Positions 47,992-58,094 of a stretch of 64,000 bases of DNA are shown here, in pieces (position 1 is the first letter of the stretch; every line of letters begins with the position of its first letter). The stretch is from an uncultured Flavobacteriales bacterium (lineage in GTDB: Bacteria > Bacteroidota > Bacteroidia > Flavobacteriales_E > Vicingaceae): the NCBI GenBank assembly GCA_964001305.1, contig CAXFAI010000008.1:11609-75608 (forward strand). Direction: 5' to 3'. Position numbers and translations under genes: made by a program. Below the pieces are notes generated by a model. That model was given only the letters and a program-made list of their open reading frames with translations, was not told where the DNA came from and ran no database searches.

Positions 47992-49926
47992 ATGATGAAA
48001 AAGAATTACGCTTTATTTTCTGCATTAGTTCTGTCTAGTTCGTTAATGTTTGCTCAAAATGTTGGGGAGGATTTATCGATCTACAAAGCTAAAAGAATAC
48101 AAAAAGAAGGTGTGCCACTTAAAAGTACATCAATAAACTCTAAAGCACCAGGAGATACGCTCTTCTACGAAGACTTTGGTACTGGTGGACCTGGAGGTAG
48201 TCAATTACCTGTAGGTTGGACTGTTCAAAATAACGCTGGTAACAGTAATGATTGGATTTGGTCAAATACTGCACCAGGTGGACAGTATTCAACCAATGCT
48301 CCTGCATTAGCCTCTACTTCTGGAGCTAATGGTTACATGAGTTTGCCTTCAGATTTGTACAATACTCCAGCTCCTGTAGGTGGGTTTGTTGATATGGATG
48401 TAAGTTTTACTTCTCCGGCCATAACAATTGCGCAACCTAGAGCTTCAGTTGTTTTACAATGGCAACACTTATTAAGATACTGTTGTAATGCAAATACTGT
48501 GGAATATGTGGTAGAAGTAAGTACCGATGGTATTAACTGGTCAGCTCCTTACGATGCTAAAGCTGGCTTAGGTGTGAACAATTATTCTACTAATGGTCAA
48601 GTGGTTTCTGTCAACGTGTCTGCAGATTTAGCTTTTCAAACAACTGCTTACATTAGATTTAGAGTAGGTAGCTCTTCGCACTATTTATGGATGGTAGATG
48701 ATGTACTTTTATTAGAAGGAAATGCAAACAATATGCAATTAGAAGATTATGAGATAAACTTCTCAGATACTTTTGATTTTAATCCAATCCCAACCATGGT
48801 TCCACAAAAGATTCTTGCTCCAATGTCGTTTGAGTATGCTTCTTACAATGCAGGTGGTAATACACAAACCAATGTACAAGCTAGAGCCTATGCAATCCAA
48901 GATAGCACCCTAGCTGGCGCTCCTGGTTTTGGTTTAATGTGGGAAGATTCTACTTTAATTGGTGCTTCTGTTGCTAGTCAGCAAAGAGATACAGTTGAAA
49001 TATCGAGCTATGTAAATACTGTTCCTGGATACTTTACTTCTTTGTTAGTAGTTGATTCAGATTCTAACAACCAAGATCCTGCTTCAGCCATTGCTTCATA
49101 TAGCTTTGAGGTTTCTGATAGTGTATTAGCTAGAGATAGAAATAATTTCACTGGTACAGTTGGACCTGGAGATTATGTTGGTGGTGGTAATGACGGCGAC
49201 CGATGGGGAGTACTTTTCAATGTTGGTAATGCAGGTGCAACAATTAATTCACTTGATATTTATGTCGCAAATAATGCAACTAATGATGGTGTTCAAATTG
49301 TCCCTAAAGTTTGGGCATTTAAGGATACAACAGTATTCCAAAGTCGATTTGGAGCAGTAGTAGCAGAAAGCTTTGTGCCTACTGTAATTGATACGAGTAT
49401 GTTTGATACATGGGTTAATTTTGACTTTTCGTTAGGAACTCAACCAGTTTTCTTACCTGCAGGACAATATGTAATGGGATGGGAGCAAATTAGCGGTGCG
49501 ACAAATGGCCTTGAGTTCGTAGCAGGCGAAGACTTGTCAATGGCTAACATTTCTCCTGATGTAACTAATTTTGTTTACGTAAATGATGCTGCTCCAACTT
49601 GGGGTTGGGTAACTCCAACTGCTGGTGTTAGAGCTAACTTTAATTTGACTGTTGGAGAAGAGGAATTAGCGAGAAAGCTTGCAAGCTTTGAGGTAACTCC
49701 AAATCCAAATAATGGTCAGTTTACTGTAAATATTGATTCTAAAATTGAAGCGGATTACACGTTAAATGTTAGAAACATGCTTGGGCAAGTTGTTTTAACT
49801 GATCAAGTTAGTGTAAACAATCAAAAAACAATTCAAATGGATCTTTCTAATTATGAGAAGGGAGTTTATTTTGTAACTCTTGAAAATGATAATGAAAGAA
49901 AAGTGAAGAAAGTAGTAGTTAAGTAA
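47992..49926 (+). CDS. Secreted T9SS cargo protein (choice-of-anchor-J-like N-terminal domain, type-A C-terminal sorting domain)
   Basis: Signal peptide ...SLMFAQ. DFGTGGPGGSQLPVGWTVQNNAGNSNDWIWS motif. C-terminus FEVTPNPNNGQFTVNI...GVYFVTLENDNERKVKKVVVK. Confidence 0.8.
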   Translation: MMKKNYALFSALVLSSSLMFAQNVGEDLSIYKAKRIQKEGVPLKSTSINSKAPGDTLFYEDFGTGGPGGSQLPVGWTVQNNAGNSNDWIWSNTAPGGQYSTNAPALASTSGANGYMSLPSDLYNTPAPVGGFVDMDVSFTSPAITIAQPRASVVLQWQHLLRYCCNANTVEYVVEVSTDGINWSAPYDAKAGLGVNNYSTNGQVVSVNVSADLAFQTTAYIRFRVGSSSHYLWMVDDVLLLEGNANNMQLEDYEINFSDTFDFNPIPTMVPQKILAPMSFEYASYNAGGNTQTNVQARAYAIQDSTLAGAPGFGLMWEDSTLIGASVASQQRDTVEISSYVNTVPGYFTSLLVVDSDSNNQDPASAIASYSFEVSDSVLARDRNNFTGTVGPGDYVGGGNDGDRWGVLFNVGNAGATINSLDIYVANNATNDGVQIVPKVWAFKDTTVFQSRFGAVVAESFVPTVIDTSMFDTWVNFDFSLGTQPVFLPAGQYVMGWEQISGATNGLEFVAGEDLSMANISPDVTNFVYVNDAAPTWGWVTPTAGVRANFNLTVGEEELARKLASFEVTPNPNNGQFTVNIDSKIEADYTLNVRNMLGQVVLTDQVSVNNQKTIQMDLSNYEKGVYFVTLENDNERKVKKVVVK

Positions 49927-49948
49927 TTAACTCTATAGATAATAAGAG

Positions 49949-49977
49949 AAAGGCCCTTTTTAAAAGGGCCTTTTTTT
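49949..49977. terminator. Bidirectional intrinsic terminator
   Basis: AAAGGCCCTTTT / AAAAGGGCCTTTTTTT palindrome between convergent genes. Confidence 0.85.
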
Positions 49978-49983
49978 ATGCTT

Positions 49984-50730
49984 TTATTTTTTTAGTTTTT
50001 GCATTAGTTTAGAAGCAAAAACAAGCTCGGAAAGTTCTTTATTATTCGTTGAGAGAATAGCGTTTTTATCACCTTCCCAGTGCTTAATACCTTTATGAAC
50101 AAACATTATTTTTTCACCTATTTGTAATACAGAATTCATGTCATGAGTAACTACTATAGTTGTTATTTGATATTCTTCTGTAATTTCTTGTATTAGGTCA
50201 TCAATTAGTATTGAGGTTTTTGGATCTAAGCCTGAATTAGGTTCATCACAAAAAAGGTATTTAGGCTTTAGCGCAATAGCACGCGCTATACCGACCCTTT
50301 TCTGCATTCCGCCACTTATTTCCGCAGGGAACTTTTTATTAGCTCCTTCTAAGTTTACGCGTTTTAAGCAAAAGTTAACACGGTCTTGCATTTCCGCCTC
50401 ATTCATCTTAGAATGCATTCGAAGAGGAAATTTTACATTTTCTTCTACTGTTTGAGAGTCAAACAAAGCACCTCCTTGAAAGAGCATGCCAATTTCTTTT
50501 CTTATTTCTTTACGTTCATCTACATCCATGGCTGTAAAGTTTGAACCATTGTAAAGTACTTCACCTTGGTCTGGTTCAATTAAACCGACCATGCATTTAG
50601 TAAGAACAGATTTTCCGGAGCCACTGGCACCAATGATTAAGTTTGTTTTTCCTTTTTCAAAAACAATATTGATGTCATTTAAAATTTGCTTTCCATCAAA
50701 GCTCTTAGAAATGTGTTTTAACTCAATCAT
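49984..50730 (-). CDS. ABC transporter ATP-binding protein (MlaF-like)
   Basis: Walker A GASGSGKS, signature ISGGMQKRV, Walker B YLFCDEP. Start and stop are coupled to the permease gene. Confidence 0.88.
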   Translation of the reverse strand: MIELKHISKSFDGKQILNDINIVFEKGKTNLIIGASGSGKSVLTKCMVGLIEPDQGEVLYNGSNFTAMDVDERKEIRKEIGMLFQGGALFDSQTVEENVKFPLRMHSKMNEAEMQDRVNFCLKRVNLEGANKKFPAEISGGMQKRVGIARAIALKPKYLFCDEPNSGLDPKTSILIDDLIQEITEEYQITTIVVTHDMNSVLQIGEKIMFVHKGIKHWEGDKNAILSTNNKELSELVFASKLMQKLKK

Positions 50731-51470
50731 TATATAAGAAGTACTTGAGTTAAAACATAATTGGTGATTAAAATCACAATACTGCTTGAAACCACACCCT
50801 TTGTGCTTGCTGCTCCTACTTCCAATGCACCACCTTTTACATAATATCCGTAATAGGATGGAATAGAGGTAATGATAAAGGCAAAAAACACAGTTTTAAC
50901 TAATGCATATGTAATTCCAAATGAATTAAAATCATATTGAATACCGAAAATGTAATCGGTAGTTGAAACAGCACTTGTAAAGAATGCGATTAGGTAGCCA
51001 CCAAAAACACCTACAAACATGCTCCATAAAACGAGAAAGGGATTTATAAATACAGAAGCTATTATCTTAGGAACAATGATATATGAAGCCGAATTAATGC
51101 CCATTATTTCTAGGGCATCGATTTGTTCACTTACTCTCATCGTACCAATTTCAGAAGCAATATTTGAACCCACCTTTCCTGCTAAGATAAGCGCAATAAT
51201 AGTTGGTGAAAATTCCAAGATAACAGATTGTCTAGCCGTAAATCCAACCGTATAGGCAGGAATTAATGCACTATCAATATTGGACGCAGTTTGAAGTGTA
51301 ATAACAGCTCCCATGAATACAGATATGATTGTAATTATTCCTAAAGACCCTAAGCCCAAAGAATCCATTTCATAGATGATTTGTTTCCAATATAATGAAG
51401 GTTTTGAAGGTCTTTTAAAGACTCTTCCCATTAGAATAAAGTATTTCCCAATGTTATATAATACCTCCAT
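50730..51470 (-). CDS. MlaE-family ABC transporter permease
   Basis: 246-aa polytopic protein. ASEIGTMRVSEQIDALEIMGIN is the MlaE/Ttg2B signature region. Confidence 0.88.
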   Translation of the reverse strand: MEVLYNIGKYFILMGRVFKRPSKPSLYWKQIIYEMDSLGLGSLGIITIISVFMGAVITLQTASNIDSALIPAYTVGFTARQSVILEFSPTIIALILAGKVGSNIASEIGTMRVSEQIDALEIMGINSASYIIVPKIIASVFINPFLVLWSMFVGVFGGYLIAFFTSAVSTTDYIFGIQYDFNSFGITYALVKTVFFAFIITSIPSYYGYYVKGGALEVGAASTKGVVSSSIVILITNYVLTQVLLI

Positions 51471-51554
51471 TTAGTTGCTAAAGTAAGTATAATTACGACT
51501 TTCAGCCTTTATTGAAATTTAGATAATTAACAAAATAGGGCAGATAAAATTTAT

Positions 51555-51585
51555 TTTGCCAAAACGATTATTAATACTATCTTTG
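51555..51585 (+). promoter_or_regulatory. Putative Bacteroidota sigma-A promoter of the tRNA gene (consensus-perfect)
   Basis: TTTG (51555-51558), exactly 19 nt, TATCTTTG (51578-51585). The tRNA 5' end is 37 nt downstream. Confidence 0.55.
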
Positions 51586-51621
51586 CACTCCTCAAAAAGA
51601 TTAAACGTTCATAACATATAG

Positions 51622-51694
<73 letters not shown>

Positions 51695-51697
51695 CCT

Positions 51698-51725
51698 AAA
51701 AGCCTCGATTTTCGAGGCTTTTTTT
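51698..51725 (+). terminator. Intrinsic terminator downstream of the tRNA
   Basis: AGCCTCGA (51701-51708), TTT loop, TCGAGGCT (51712-51719), then a T6 run. Confidence 0.8.
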
Positions 51726-51745
51726 ATTTCTCAATTTATTTAAGA

Positions 51746-52627
51746 ATGGGAGCTCACAAAGCAGGGTTTGTAAACATAATCGGCCAACCTAATGTAGGAA
51801 AGTCTACACTGATGAATTTATTAGTAGGTGAAAAGCTTTCTATAATCACGTCCAAGGCACAAACAACGCGTCACCGTATACTTGGAATTGTAAATGAAGA
51901 TGAATACCAAATCATTTATTCAGATACACCAGGTATAATAGATCCGGCATATAAAATGCAGGAAGGGATGATGAAGTTTGTAAAAACAGCCCTTGAAGAT
52001 GCAGATCTGGTTTTATTAATGGTAGAATCAGGGCAAAGGAACTTTAAAGACAAAAGCTTACTTGATACGATTAAGGGCCTAAGTATTCCCGTTCTTTTAC
52101 TATTGAATAAAATTGATGAAAGTGATCAGAAAGGTCTAGAGTCAGATGTACAGCATTGGGCAAAACAAATTGAAAAAGTGGAATTAATACCAATTTCTGC
52201 TTTGCATCATTTTAATATTGAATTTGTAAAAACTAGAATTGTAGAGCTGCTACCTGAATCTCCGCCTTATTACCCCAAAGATAGTTTGACAGATAAACCG
52301 GAACGTTTCTTTGTAGAAGAAAAAATAAGGGAAAAGATTTTATTGAATTATGCCCAAGAAGTTCCTTATTCCGTTGAAGTTTTGGTGGAAGAGTTTAAAG
52401 AACAAGAAAAAATTATAAGAATTAGAGCAAACATTTTTGTTGCAAGAGAAAGTCAAAAAGGGATTATTATCGGAAAAGAAGGTAAGCGATTAAAGCAAGT
52501 GGGTATAGAATCAAGGCGAGATTTAGAACAGTTTTTTAGTAAGCAAATTCACCTGGATTTATTCGTAAAAGTAAATAAGGACTGGCGAAATAATGAGCAA
52601 CAATTAAAGCGTTTCGGATATTTGTAG
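51746..52627 (+). CDS. era: GTPase Era
   Basis: HKAGFVNIIGQPNVGKSTLMN, DTPG and NKID motifs, plus a C-terminal KH domain (IIGKEGKRLKQVG). Confidence 0.96.
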   Translation: MGAHKAGFVNIIGQPNVGKSTLMNLLVGEKLSIITSKAQTTRHRILGIVNEDEYQIIYSDTPGIIDPAYKMQEGMMKFVKTALEDADLVLLMVESGQRNFKDKSLLDTIKGLSIPVLLLLNKIDESDQKGLESDVQHWAKQIEKVELIPISALHHFNIEFVKTRIVELLPESPPYYPKDSLTDKPERFFVEEKIREKILLNYAQEVPYSVEVLVEEFKEQEKIIRIRANIFVARESQKGIIIGKEGKRLKQVGIESRRDLEQFFSKQIHLDLFVKVNKDWRNNEQQLKRFGYL

Positions 52628-52628
52628 T

Positions 52629-53939
52629 ATGAGCAATATTGTAGCAATAGTAGGAAGACCTAATGTAGGAAAGTCAACACTTTTTAATCGACTTACAGAA
52701 AGTAGAAAAGCCATTGTAGATGAAGCTAGTGGAGTAACGCGTGACAGGCAATACGGACAAGCTTTTTGGGCAGGAAAAGAATTTACAGTAATAGACACTG
52801 GGGGTTATGTAAGAGGCTCTGATGATGAATTTGAGGGAGAAATAAGGAAACAAGTTGAAATAGCTTTAGAAGAAGCCTCAGTGATTGTTTTTGTTGTTGA
52901 TGTTACTGTTGGAATAACCGATTTGGATCAAGCAGTTGTAAATATTCTTCGTAAAACGAATAAGAAAATCTTTTTGGTTGCCAATAAGGCAGATAATCAT
53001 TCACGTATTGCGGAAGCAGCGGAGTTTTATAGTTTTGGAATTAGTGATTATGTATTCCCAATTTCAAGTATTAATGGCAGTGGAACAGGTGAACTACTAG
53101 ATGAAGTAGTTAAAGAGTTACTAGAAAACAAAGAAGAGGAAGAGTCAGATATTCCTAGAATTGCTATTGTAGGTCGACCAAATGTTGGCAAATCTTCATT
53201 TTTAAATACCTTAATGGGTATTGATCGAAATATAGTAACACCAATTGCCGGAACAACTAGAGATGCGGTAGGAACGCACTATAAAGCATATGGTTTTGAT
53301 TTCATTCTTACCGATACGGCAGGTTTACGAAAGAAAAGTAAAGTAGATGAAGATGTAGAGTTTTACTCGGTCATGAGAACCATTCGAGCAATTGAGAACG
53401 CTGATGTTTGTGTTTTGCTTATTGAGGCAAAAGAAGGAATGATGGCACAGGATATGAATATTTATCAACTAGCCATTAAAAACAAGAAGGGTATTGTTAT
53501 CATGGTTAATAAATGGGACTTGTTTGAAGATAAAGATTCCAATACCATGAAACAAATCAAAGGACAGATTCTTGAAAAAATAGCCCCTTTTACTGATGTG
53601 CCAATTATTTTTACTTCGGTGGTTGAAAAACAGCGTATTCATGAAGTATTAAAAGCAGCTGTTCAAGTATATGAGAATAGAAGAAGTAAAGTTTCTACTT
53701 CTCAACTTAACAAAATCATGTTGCCAATAATTGAAAAGAATCCTCCACCTTCTATAAAAGGAAAGTTTATTAAAATCAAATTTGTAAGTATGTTGCCTAC
53801 TTATAAGCCAACATTTGTTTTTTATTGTAATCACCCTCAATATGTAAAGGAGCCATACAAAAGGTTTATCGAAAATAGATTGAGAGAACATTTCGAGTAT
53901 ACCGGAGTCCCAATTCAAATTTTCTTTCGTAAGAAATAA
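52629..53939 (+). CDS. der: Ribosome-biogenesis GTPase Der (EngA)
   Basis: Two tandem GTPase domains (GRPNVGKST twice, DTGG/DTAG, NKAD/NKWD) and a KH-like C-terminus. Confidence 0.96.
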   Translation: MSNIVAIVGRPNVGKSTLFNRLTESRKAIVDEASGVTRDRQYGQAFWAGKEFTVIDTGGYVRGSDDEFEGEIRKQVEIALEEASVIVFVVDVTVGITDLDQAVVNILRKTNKKIFLVANKADNHSRIAEAAEFYSFGISDYVFPISSINGSGTGELLDEVVKELLENKEEEESDIPRIAIVGRPNVGKSSFLNTLMGIDRNIVTPIAGTTRDAVGTHYKAYGFDFILTDTAGLRKKSKVDEDVEFYSVMRTIRAIENADVCVLLIEAKEGMMAQDMNIYQLAIKNKKGIVIMVNKWDLFEDKDSNTMKQIKGQILEKIAPFTDVPIIFTSVVEKQRIHEVLKAAVQVYENRRSKVSTSQLNKIMLPIIEKNPPPSIKGKFIKIKFVSMLPTYKPTFVFYCNHPQYVKEPYKRFIENRLREHFEYTGVPIQIFFRKK

Positions 53940-53967
53940 AAAAGGCGCCGATTTCGGCGCCTTTTTT
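53938..53967. terminator. Bidirectional intrinsic terminator
   Basis: A6, GGCGCCG (53944-53950), ATTT loop, CGGCGCC (53955-53961), T6. Sits between convergent der and metK. Confidence 0.88.
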
Positions 53968-53968
53968 A

Positions 53969-55219
53969 TTAAGCAAATGCTGCTTTTATTTTATCTACAT
54001 AATTGAGTTCCTCCCAAGGAAATAACTTCACATTTACAGTTACTTTTTCACCGCTTGCTGATACAAAAGTTTTTTCTACGGTTTCACAATTTCTGCCCAT
54101 ATGGCCATAAGCAGCAGTTTCAGAATAAATAGGTGATCTTAATTGAAATCTAGTTTCAATAGCATAAGGACGCATATCGAAGATGTCCATAAGCTTGCTT
54201 GCAATTTCACCATCAGTAGCATCTACTTTTGATGTGCCATATGTGTTTACATAAAGCCCCATTGGTTCCGCTACTCCAATAGCATAAGCAACTTGTACTA
54301 ATGCCTCGTCTGCAATTCCTGCTGCAACTAAGTTTTTCGCAATATGTCTGGTAGCATAAGCCGCTGAACGATCAACTTTACTAGGATCCTTTCCTGAAAA
54401 AGCACCTCCACCGTGCGCTCCTTTACCACCATAGGTGTCAACAATAATTTTTCTGCCTGTTAAACCTGTATCTCCATGAGGTCCACCAATAACAAATACT
54501 CCAGTTGGATTAATATGGTATTTAATTTGATCATTAAAAAGAGCTTGGGTTTCAGCTGGCAATTTAGCCTTAACTCTAGGAATAAGAATGTTTATAACAT
54601 CTTCCTTGATTTTATTTAACATGTTTTCTTCACTGTCGAAATCATCATGTTGAGTGGAAACAACTATCGCATCAATTCGAATAGGCTTGTTGTTGTCATC
54701 ATACTCAATAGTAACTTGAGATTTAGAATCAGGTCTCAAATAAGTGATTTCATTATTTTCTCTGCGTAATGCAGCCAATTCTTTTAAAAGCATATGAGAA
54801 ATCTCAAGAGGAAGAGGCATAAAGCTCTCAGTTTCGTTAGTTGCATAACCAAACATCATTCCTTGATCTCCTGCGCCTTGATCTTCTTTATTTGCTCTTT
54901 CAACACCTTGATTAATATCAGGAGATTGTTCGTGAATTGCTGAAAATACACCACAACTATTCCCGTCAAACATATATTCACCTTTATTGTAGCCTATTTT
55001 ATTAATGACTTCCCTTGCAATTACTTGAACATCAAGGTAGGCAGATGATTTAACCTCTCCAGCTAAAACAACTTGACCAGTTGTAACTAAAGTTTCACAA
55101 GCCACTTTTGAGTCTTTGTCAAAAGCTAAAAAGTTATCAATTAATGCGTCAGAAATTTGATCGGCAACTTTGTCTGGATGCCCTTCTGATACTGACTCTG
55201 AGGTAAATAAATACGACAT
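53969..55219 (-). CDS. metK: S-adenosylmethionine synthetase
   Basis: [37 protein letters not shown] and [16 protein letters not shown] motifs. Confidence 0.97.
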   Translation of the reverse strand: MSYLFTSESVSEGHPDKVADQISDALIDNFLAFDKDSKVACETLVTTGQVVLAGEVKSSAYLDVQVIAREVINKIGYNKGEYMFDGNSCGVFSAIHEQSPDINQGVERANKEDQGAGDQGMMFGYATNETESFMPLPLEISHMLLKELAALRRENNEITYLRPDSKSQVTIEYDDNNKPIRIDAIVVSTQHDDFDSEENMLNKIKEDVINILIPRVKAKLPAETQALFNDQIKYHINPTGVFVIGGPHGDTGLTGRKIIVDTYGGKGAHGGGAFSGKDPSKVDRSAAYATRHIAKNLVAAGIADEALVQVAYAIGVAEPMGLYVNTYGTSKVDATDGEIASKLMDIFDMRPYAIETRFQLRSPIYSETAAYGHMGRNCETVEKTFVSASGEKVTVNVKLFPWEELNYVDKIKAAFA

Positions 55220-55282
55220 AAGGATGTAATGTAAATTAAGTGCGCTAAAGTACGAATTGCGCGTATATTAAAAAATGCTTTT

Positions 55283-56197
55283 TTAGGCAGGTATATTGGT
55301 TAATTGTTTAAAGATGTCTTCAAGTTTACTTTCTTCTTTTTGAAGCATGATGATACTTGCATCAGAAGCTACTGCTAGCTTAAAAAGATCATTTCTAACA
55401 TCAGTATTGCTTTCACATTGGATTAAAAACTTATTTTCTGCAAGAATGTCTATAGATTCAACACCTTGTAGATTTTTGAGTTGCTTTACTTCAATGTGAC
55501 CATCGAATTCTACTGTTAATTTGGGTTTAGTAACCAAAAGATTTGACATTTTATCTACTGATTCATCGGCTACTATTTTCCCTTTGTTGATGATAATTAC
55601 ACGACTACAAATGGCTTCTACCTCTTGCATTATATGGGTAGAAAGCATCACCGTTTTTTTTGCTCCAATCTGTTTTATTAGCGCTCTAATTTCTTCCAGT
55701 TGGTTGGGGTCTAATCCGGTTGTGGGTTCGTCTAAAATCAAAACTTCAGGATCATGAAGCAATGCCTGAGCTAACCCAACTCTTTGTTTGTAACCTTTAG
55801 AAAGCTCTCCTATTTTTTTATTCTGCTCAACTTTTAGACCTACTGTTTGAATAATTTCCTCAACACGAGACTTTATATGGTCTAATTTGTATACACCAGC
55901 TATAAAATGTAAAAACTCCTTCACGTACATATCATAGTACAAAGGGTTTTGTTCTGCTAAGTATCCAATTTTAGATTTAATTGATAATTTGTTGTCTAGA
56001 ATGTTCAGGCCAGTTACTTCAACATTCCCTTCAGTCGCAGGAATAAAACCGGTAATTATTTTCATCATGGTGGATTTTCCTGCTCCATTAGGACCTAAAA
56101 AACCAACAATCTCCCCTGGTTTAATGCTAAAACTTACTTCATCTAAGGCTTTTTGTTCACCGTAATTTTTGCTCACCTTTTCAACTAGTATCGACAT
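55283..56197 (-). CDS. gldA: ABC transporter ATP-binding protein, probably the gliding-motility ATPase GldA
   Basis: Walker A GPNGAGKST, signature LSKGYKQRV, Walker B LILDEP. About 300 aa with no adjacent permease, as for the orphan gldA of Flavobacterium. The identity call is recognition only. Confidence 0.55.
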   Translation of the reverse strand: MSILVEKVSKNYGEQKALDEVSFSIKPGEIVGFLGPNGAGKSTMMKIITGFIPATEGNVEVTGLNILDNKLSIKSKIGYLAEQNPLYYDMYVKEFLHFIAGVYKLDHIKSRVEEIIQTVGLKVEQNKKIGELSKGYKQRVGLAQALLHDPEVLILDEPTTGLDPNQLEEIRALIKQIGAKKTVMLSTHIMQEVEAICSRVIIINKGKIVADESVDKMSNLLVTKPKLTVEFDGHIEVKQLKNLQGVESIDILAENKFLIQCESNTDVRNDLFKLAVASDASIIMLQKEESKLEDIFKQLTNIPA

Positions 56198-56209
56198 CTT
56201 TTCGCTTCT

Positions 56210-56238
56210 TTTGGTGCAGCACGAATTTACTAATTTTA
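56210..56238 (+). promoter_or_regulatory. Possible promoter of rsgA
   Basis: TTTG (56210-56213), 17-nt spacer, TAATTTTA (56231-56238, last base deviates from TAnnTTTG). The TTG start is 22 nt downstream. Confidence 0.3.
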
Positions 56239-56260
56239 GATGCGTTAAATCAGTAGAAAT

Positions 56261-57196
56261 TTGAAAGGAATTGTAGTAAAATCAACTGGAAGTTGGTATG
56301 AGGTTCAAACCGAGGAAGGAAATAGAATTCAAGCTCGACTAAAGGGAAAATTTCGTATCAAAGGATTAAAAAGTACAAACCCAGTTGCCGTTGGAGATTA
56401 TGTCTTTTTTGAATTAGAAGGAGAAGATGCGGTGATTTATAAAATTCAAGAGCGTAAGAATTACATCATTCGCAAGTCGATTAATCTTTCAAAACAGGTT
56501 CAGATTATTGCTGCTAATGTTGATCAATTGTTTTTGGTAATTACCTTAAACTCTCCCAAAACATTTATGGGTTTTGTAGATCGTTTTCTCGTCGGTGCCG
56601 AAGCTTATAGAATACCAGTTGTTTTACTCTATAATAAGATGGATTTAATTGTAACTGATGAGGAAAAGAGTGAATTGCAAAATTGGAAAAATGTTTACGA
56701 TTTGGCAGGCTACCAACAATTTGAAATTTCCGTTCAAGAACAAAAAGGGTTAGATCAAGTACAAGATTTAATGAAGAATAAAGTCTCTATTTTTTCGGGA
56801 CATTCCGGTGTTGGAAAAAGTAGTTTGGTAAATGCTTTAGATCCTAGCTTAGATTTGAGGGTGAATCAAATATCAGAAAGTCACCAGAGTGGAAAACACA
56901 CCACTACTTTTGCTGAATTGTTTGAGCTTGATTTTGGAGCTAAAATTATTGATACCCCTGGCATAAAGGGATTTGGAAATGTTGATTTAGAAAAAGAACA
57001 TTTGGCACATTATTTTCCTGAAATGCGATTGCGAATGAATGAATGTAAGTTTGATAATTGTGTTCACATCAGCGAACCGAAATGTGCTATAAAAAGTGCA
57101 GTTGAAACAGGTGAAATCGCTGAAAGTAGATACCTGAATTATGTTTCTATGTATGAAGATGATTCAACCGAGTCTTATCGAACAAAAGGGTATTAA
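56261..57196 (+). CDS. rsgA: Ribosome small-subunit-dependent GTPase RsgA
   Basis: TTG start, (M)KGIVVKSTGSWYEV OB-fold, NKMDL, GHSGVGKSSLVNAL, zinc knuckle CKFDNCVHISEPKCAI. Confidence 0.93.
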   Translation: MKGIVVKSTGSWYEVQTEEGNRIQARLKGKFRIKGLKSTNPVAVGDYVFFELEGEDAVIYKIQERKNYIIRKSINLSKQVQIIAANVDQLFLVITLNSPKTFMGFVDRFLVGAEAYRIPVVLLYNKMDLIVTDEEKSELQNWKNVYDLAGYQQFEISVQEQKGLDQVQDLMKNKVSIFSGHSGVGKSSLVNALDPSLDLRVNQISESHQSGKHTTTFAELFELDFGAKIIDTPGIKGFGNVDLEKEHLAHYFPEMRLRMNECKFDNCVHISEPKCAIKSAVETGEIAESRYLNYVSMYEDDSTESYRTKGY

Positions 57197-57197
57197 A

Positions 57198-57650
57198 ATG
57201 AGAGTTGTACTACAAAGGGTAAAAGAAGCCAGAGTAATTGTAAAAGGGAATACAATAGGAGAAATAAGTAAAGGCTATTTATTATTTGTTGGTGTTGAAA
57301 ATCAAGATTCAGAAGAAGATATAGATTGGCTAACCAAAAAGATAACAAATATGCGTTTGTTCAGCGATGAAAATGGAAAAATGAATCTTAGTATTCAAGA
57401 GGTTGAAGGAGAGATACTTTCAATTAGTCAGTTTACTTTATTTGCGAGTACTAAAAAAGGCAATCGCCCATCTTTTATTAAGTCAGCTAAAGCGGAATTT
57501 GCAAAAAAGATGTATGACTTGTTCAATGGTAGTTTGAAAACAAATATGAATAAAGAAGTCCAAAAGGGAGTATTTGGAGCAGACATGCAAGTGGAATTAG
57601 TTAATGATGGTCCTGTCACTATTTTATTGGATTCAAAAAACAAAGAGTAA
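57198..57650 (+). CDS. dtd: D-aminoacyl-tRNA deacylase
   Basis: I prefer ATG 57198 (MRVVLQRVKEARV...). SQFTLFAS and NDGPVT motifs. The track start at 57141 overlaps rsgA. Confidence 0.93.
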   Translation: MRVVLQRVKEARVIVKGNTIGEISKGYLLFVGVENQDSEEDIDWLTKKITNMRLFSDENGKMNLSIQEVEGEILSISQFTLFASTKKGNRPSFIKSAKAEFAKKMYDLFNGSLKTNMNKEVQKGVFGADMQVELVNDGPVTILLDSKNKE

Positions 57651-57979
57651 TGAAAATTTCTGAAGCACAAAGAAAGGTTGACCAATGGATAAACGAATAT
57701 GGCGTGCGTTATTTTAATGAGCTAACCAATATGGCTCAATTGACTGAAGAAGTGGGAGAAGTTGCTCGAATTATTGCTAGAAGATACGGAGAGCAATCTG
57801 AAAAGGAGAGCGATAAGGAGAAAGATTTGGGTGATGAATTGGCGGATGTGCTATTTGTTACCATTTGCTTAGCCAATCAAACAGGTGTAAACCTAGAGGA
57901 AGCTTTAAAACGAAACTTGGAAAAGAAAACCACGAGAGATCATAAAAGGCATCAAGAGAACGAAAAGTTAAAAAATTAA
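57650..57979 (+). CDS. MazG-like nucleotide pyrophosphohydrolase (small single-domain type)
   Basis: 109 aa with EEVGEVARII...ELADVLFVTICLAN EExxE/ExxD motifs. The start overlaps the dtd stop (TAATG). Confidence 0.85.
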   Translation: MKISEAQRKVDQWINEYGVRYFNELTNMAQLTEEVGEVARIIARRYGEQSEKESDKEKDLGDELADVLFVTICLANQTGVNLEEALKRNLEKKTTRDHKRHQENEKLKN

Positions 57980-58094
57980 ACTTTTAGATTTTAATTCAAT
58001 GAATTTGATGCTTATGAATTAAGTCTCCTTTCAATTTATTTGAAATGGGTGAAGCAAGTTTTTACATTTCTGCGGGCAAAAGAAGTTTAAAAAT

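Noticed and set aside
55220-55282. A possible SAM riboswitch in the metK leader.
   Set aside because: There are only 63 nt between gldA and metK, too short for SAM-I. I could form only a 4-6 bp GCGC hairpin and no convincing SAM-II-type pseudoknot. A cmsearch with RF00162 and RF00521 would be the decisive test.
57141-57197. A 19-codon extension of dtd overlapping rsgA.
   Set aside because: Dtd proteins start MR/MK-x-V-x-QRV. The ATG at 57198 reproduces that and lies 1 nt after the rsgA stop.
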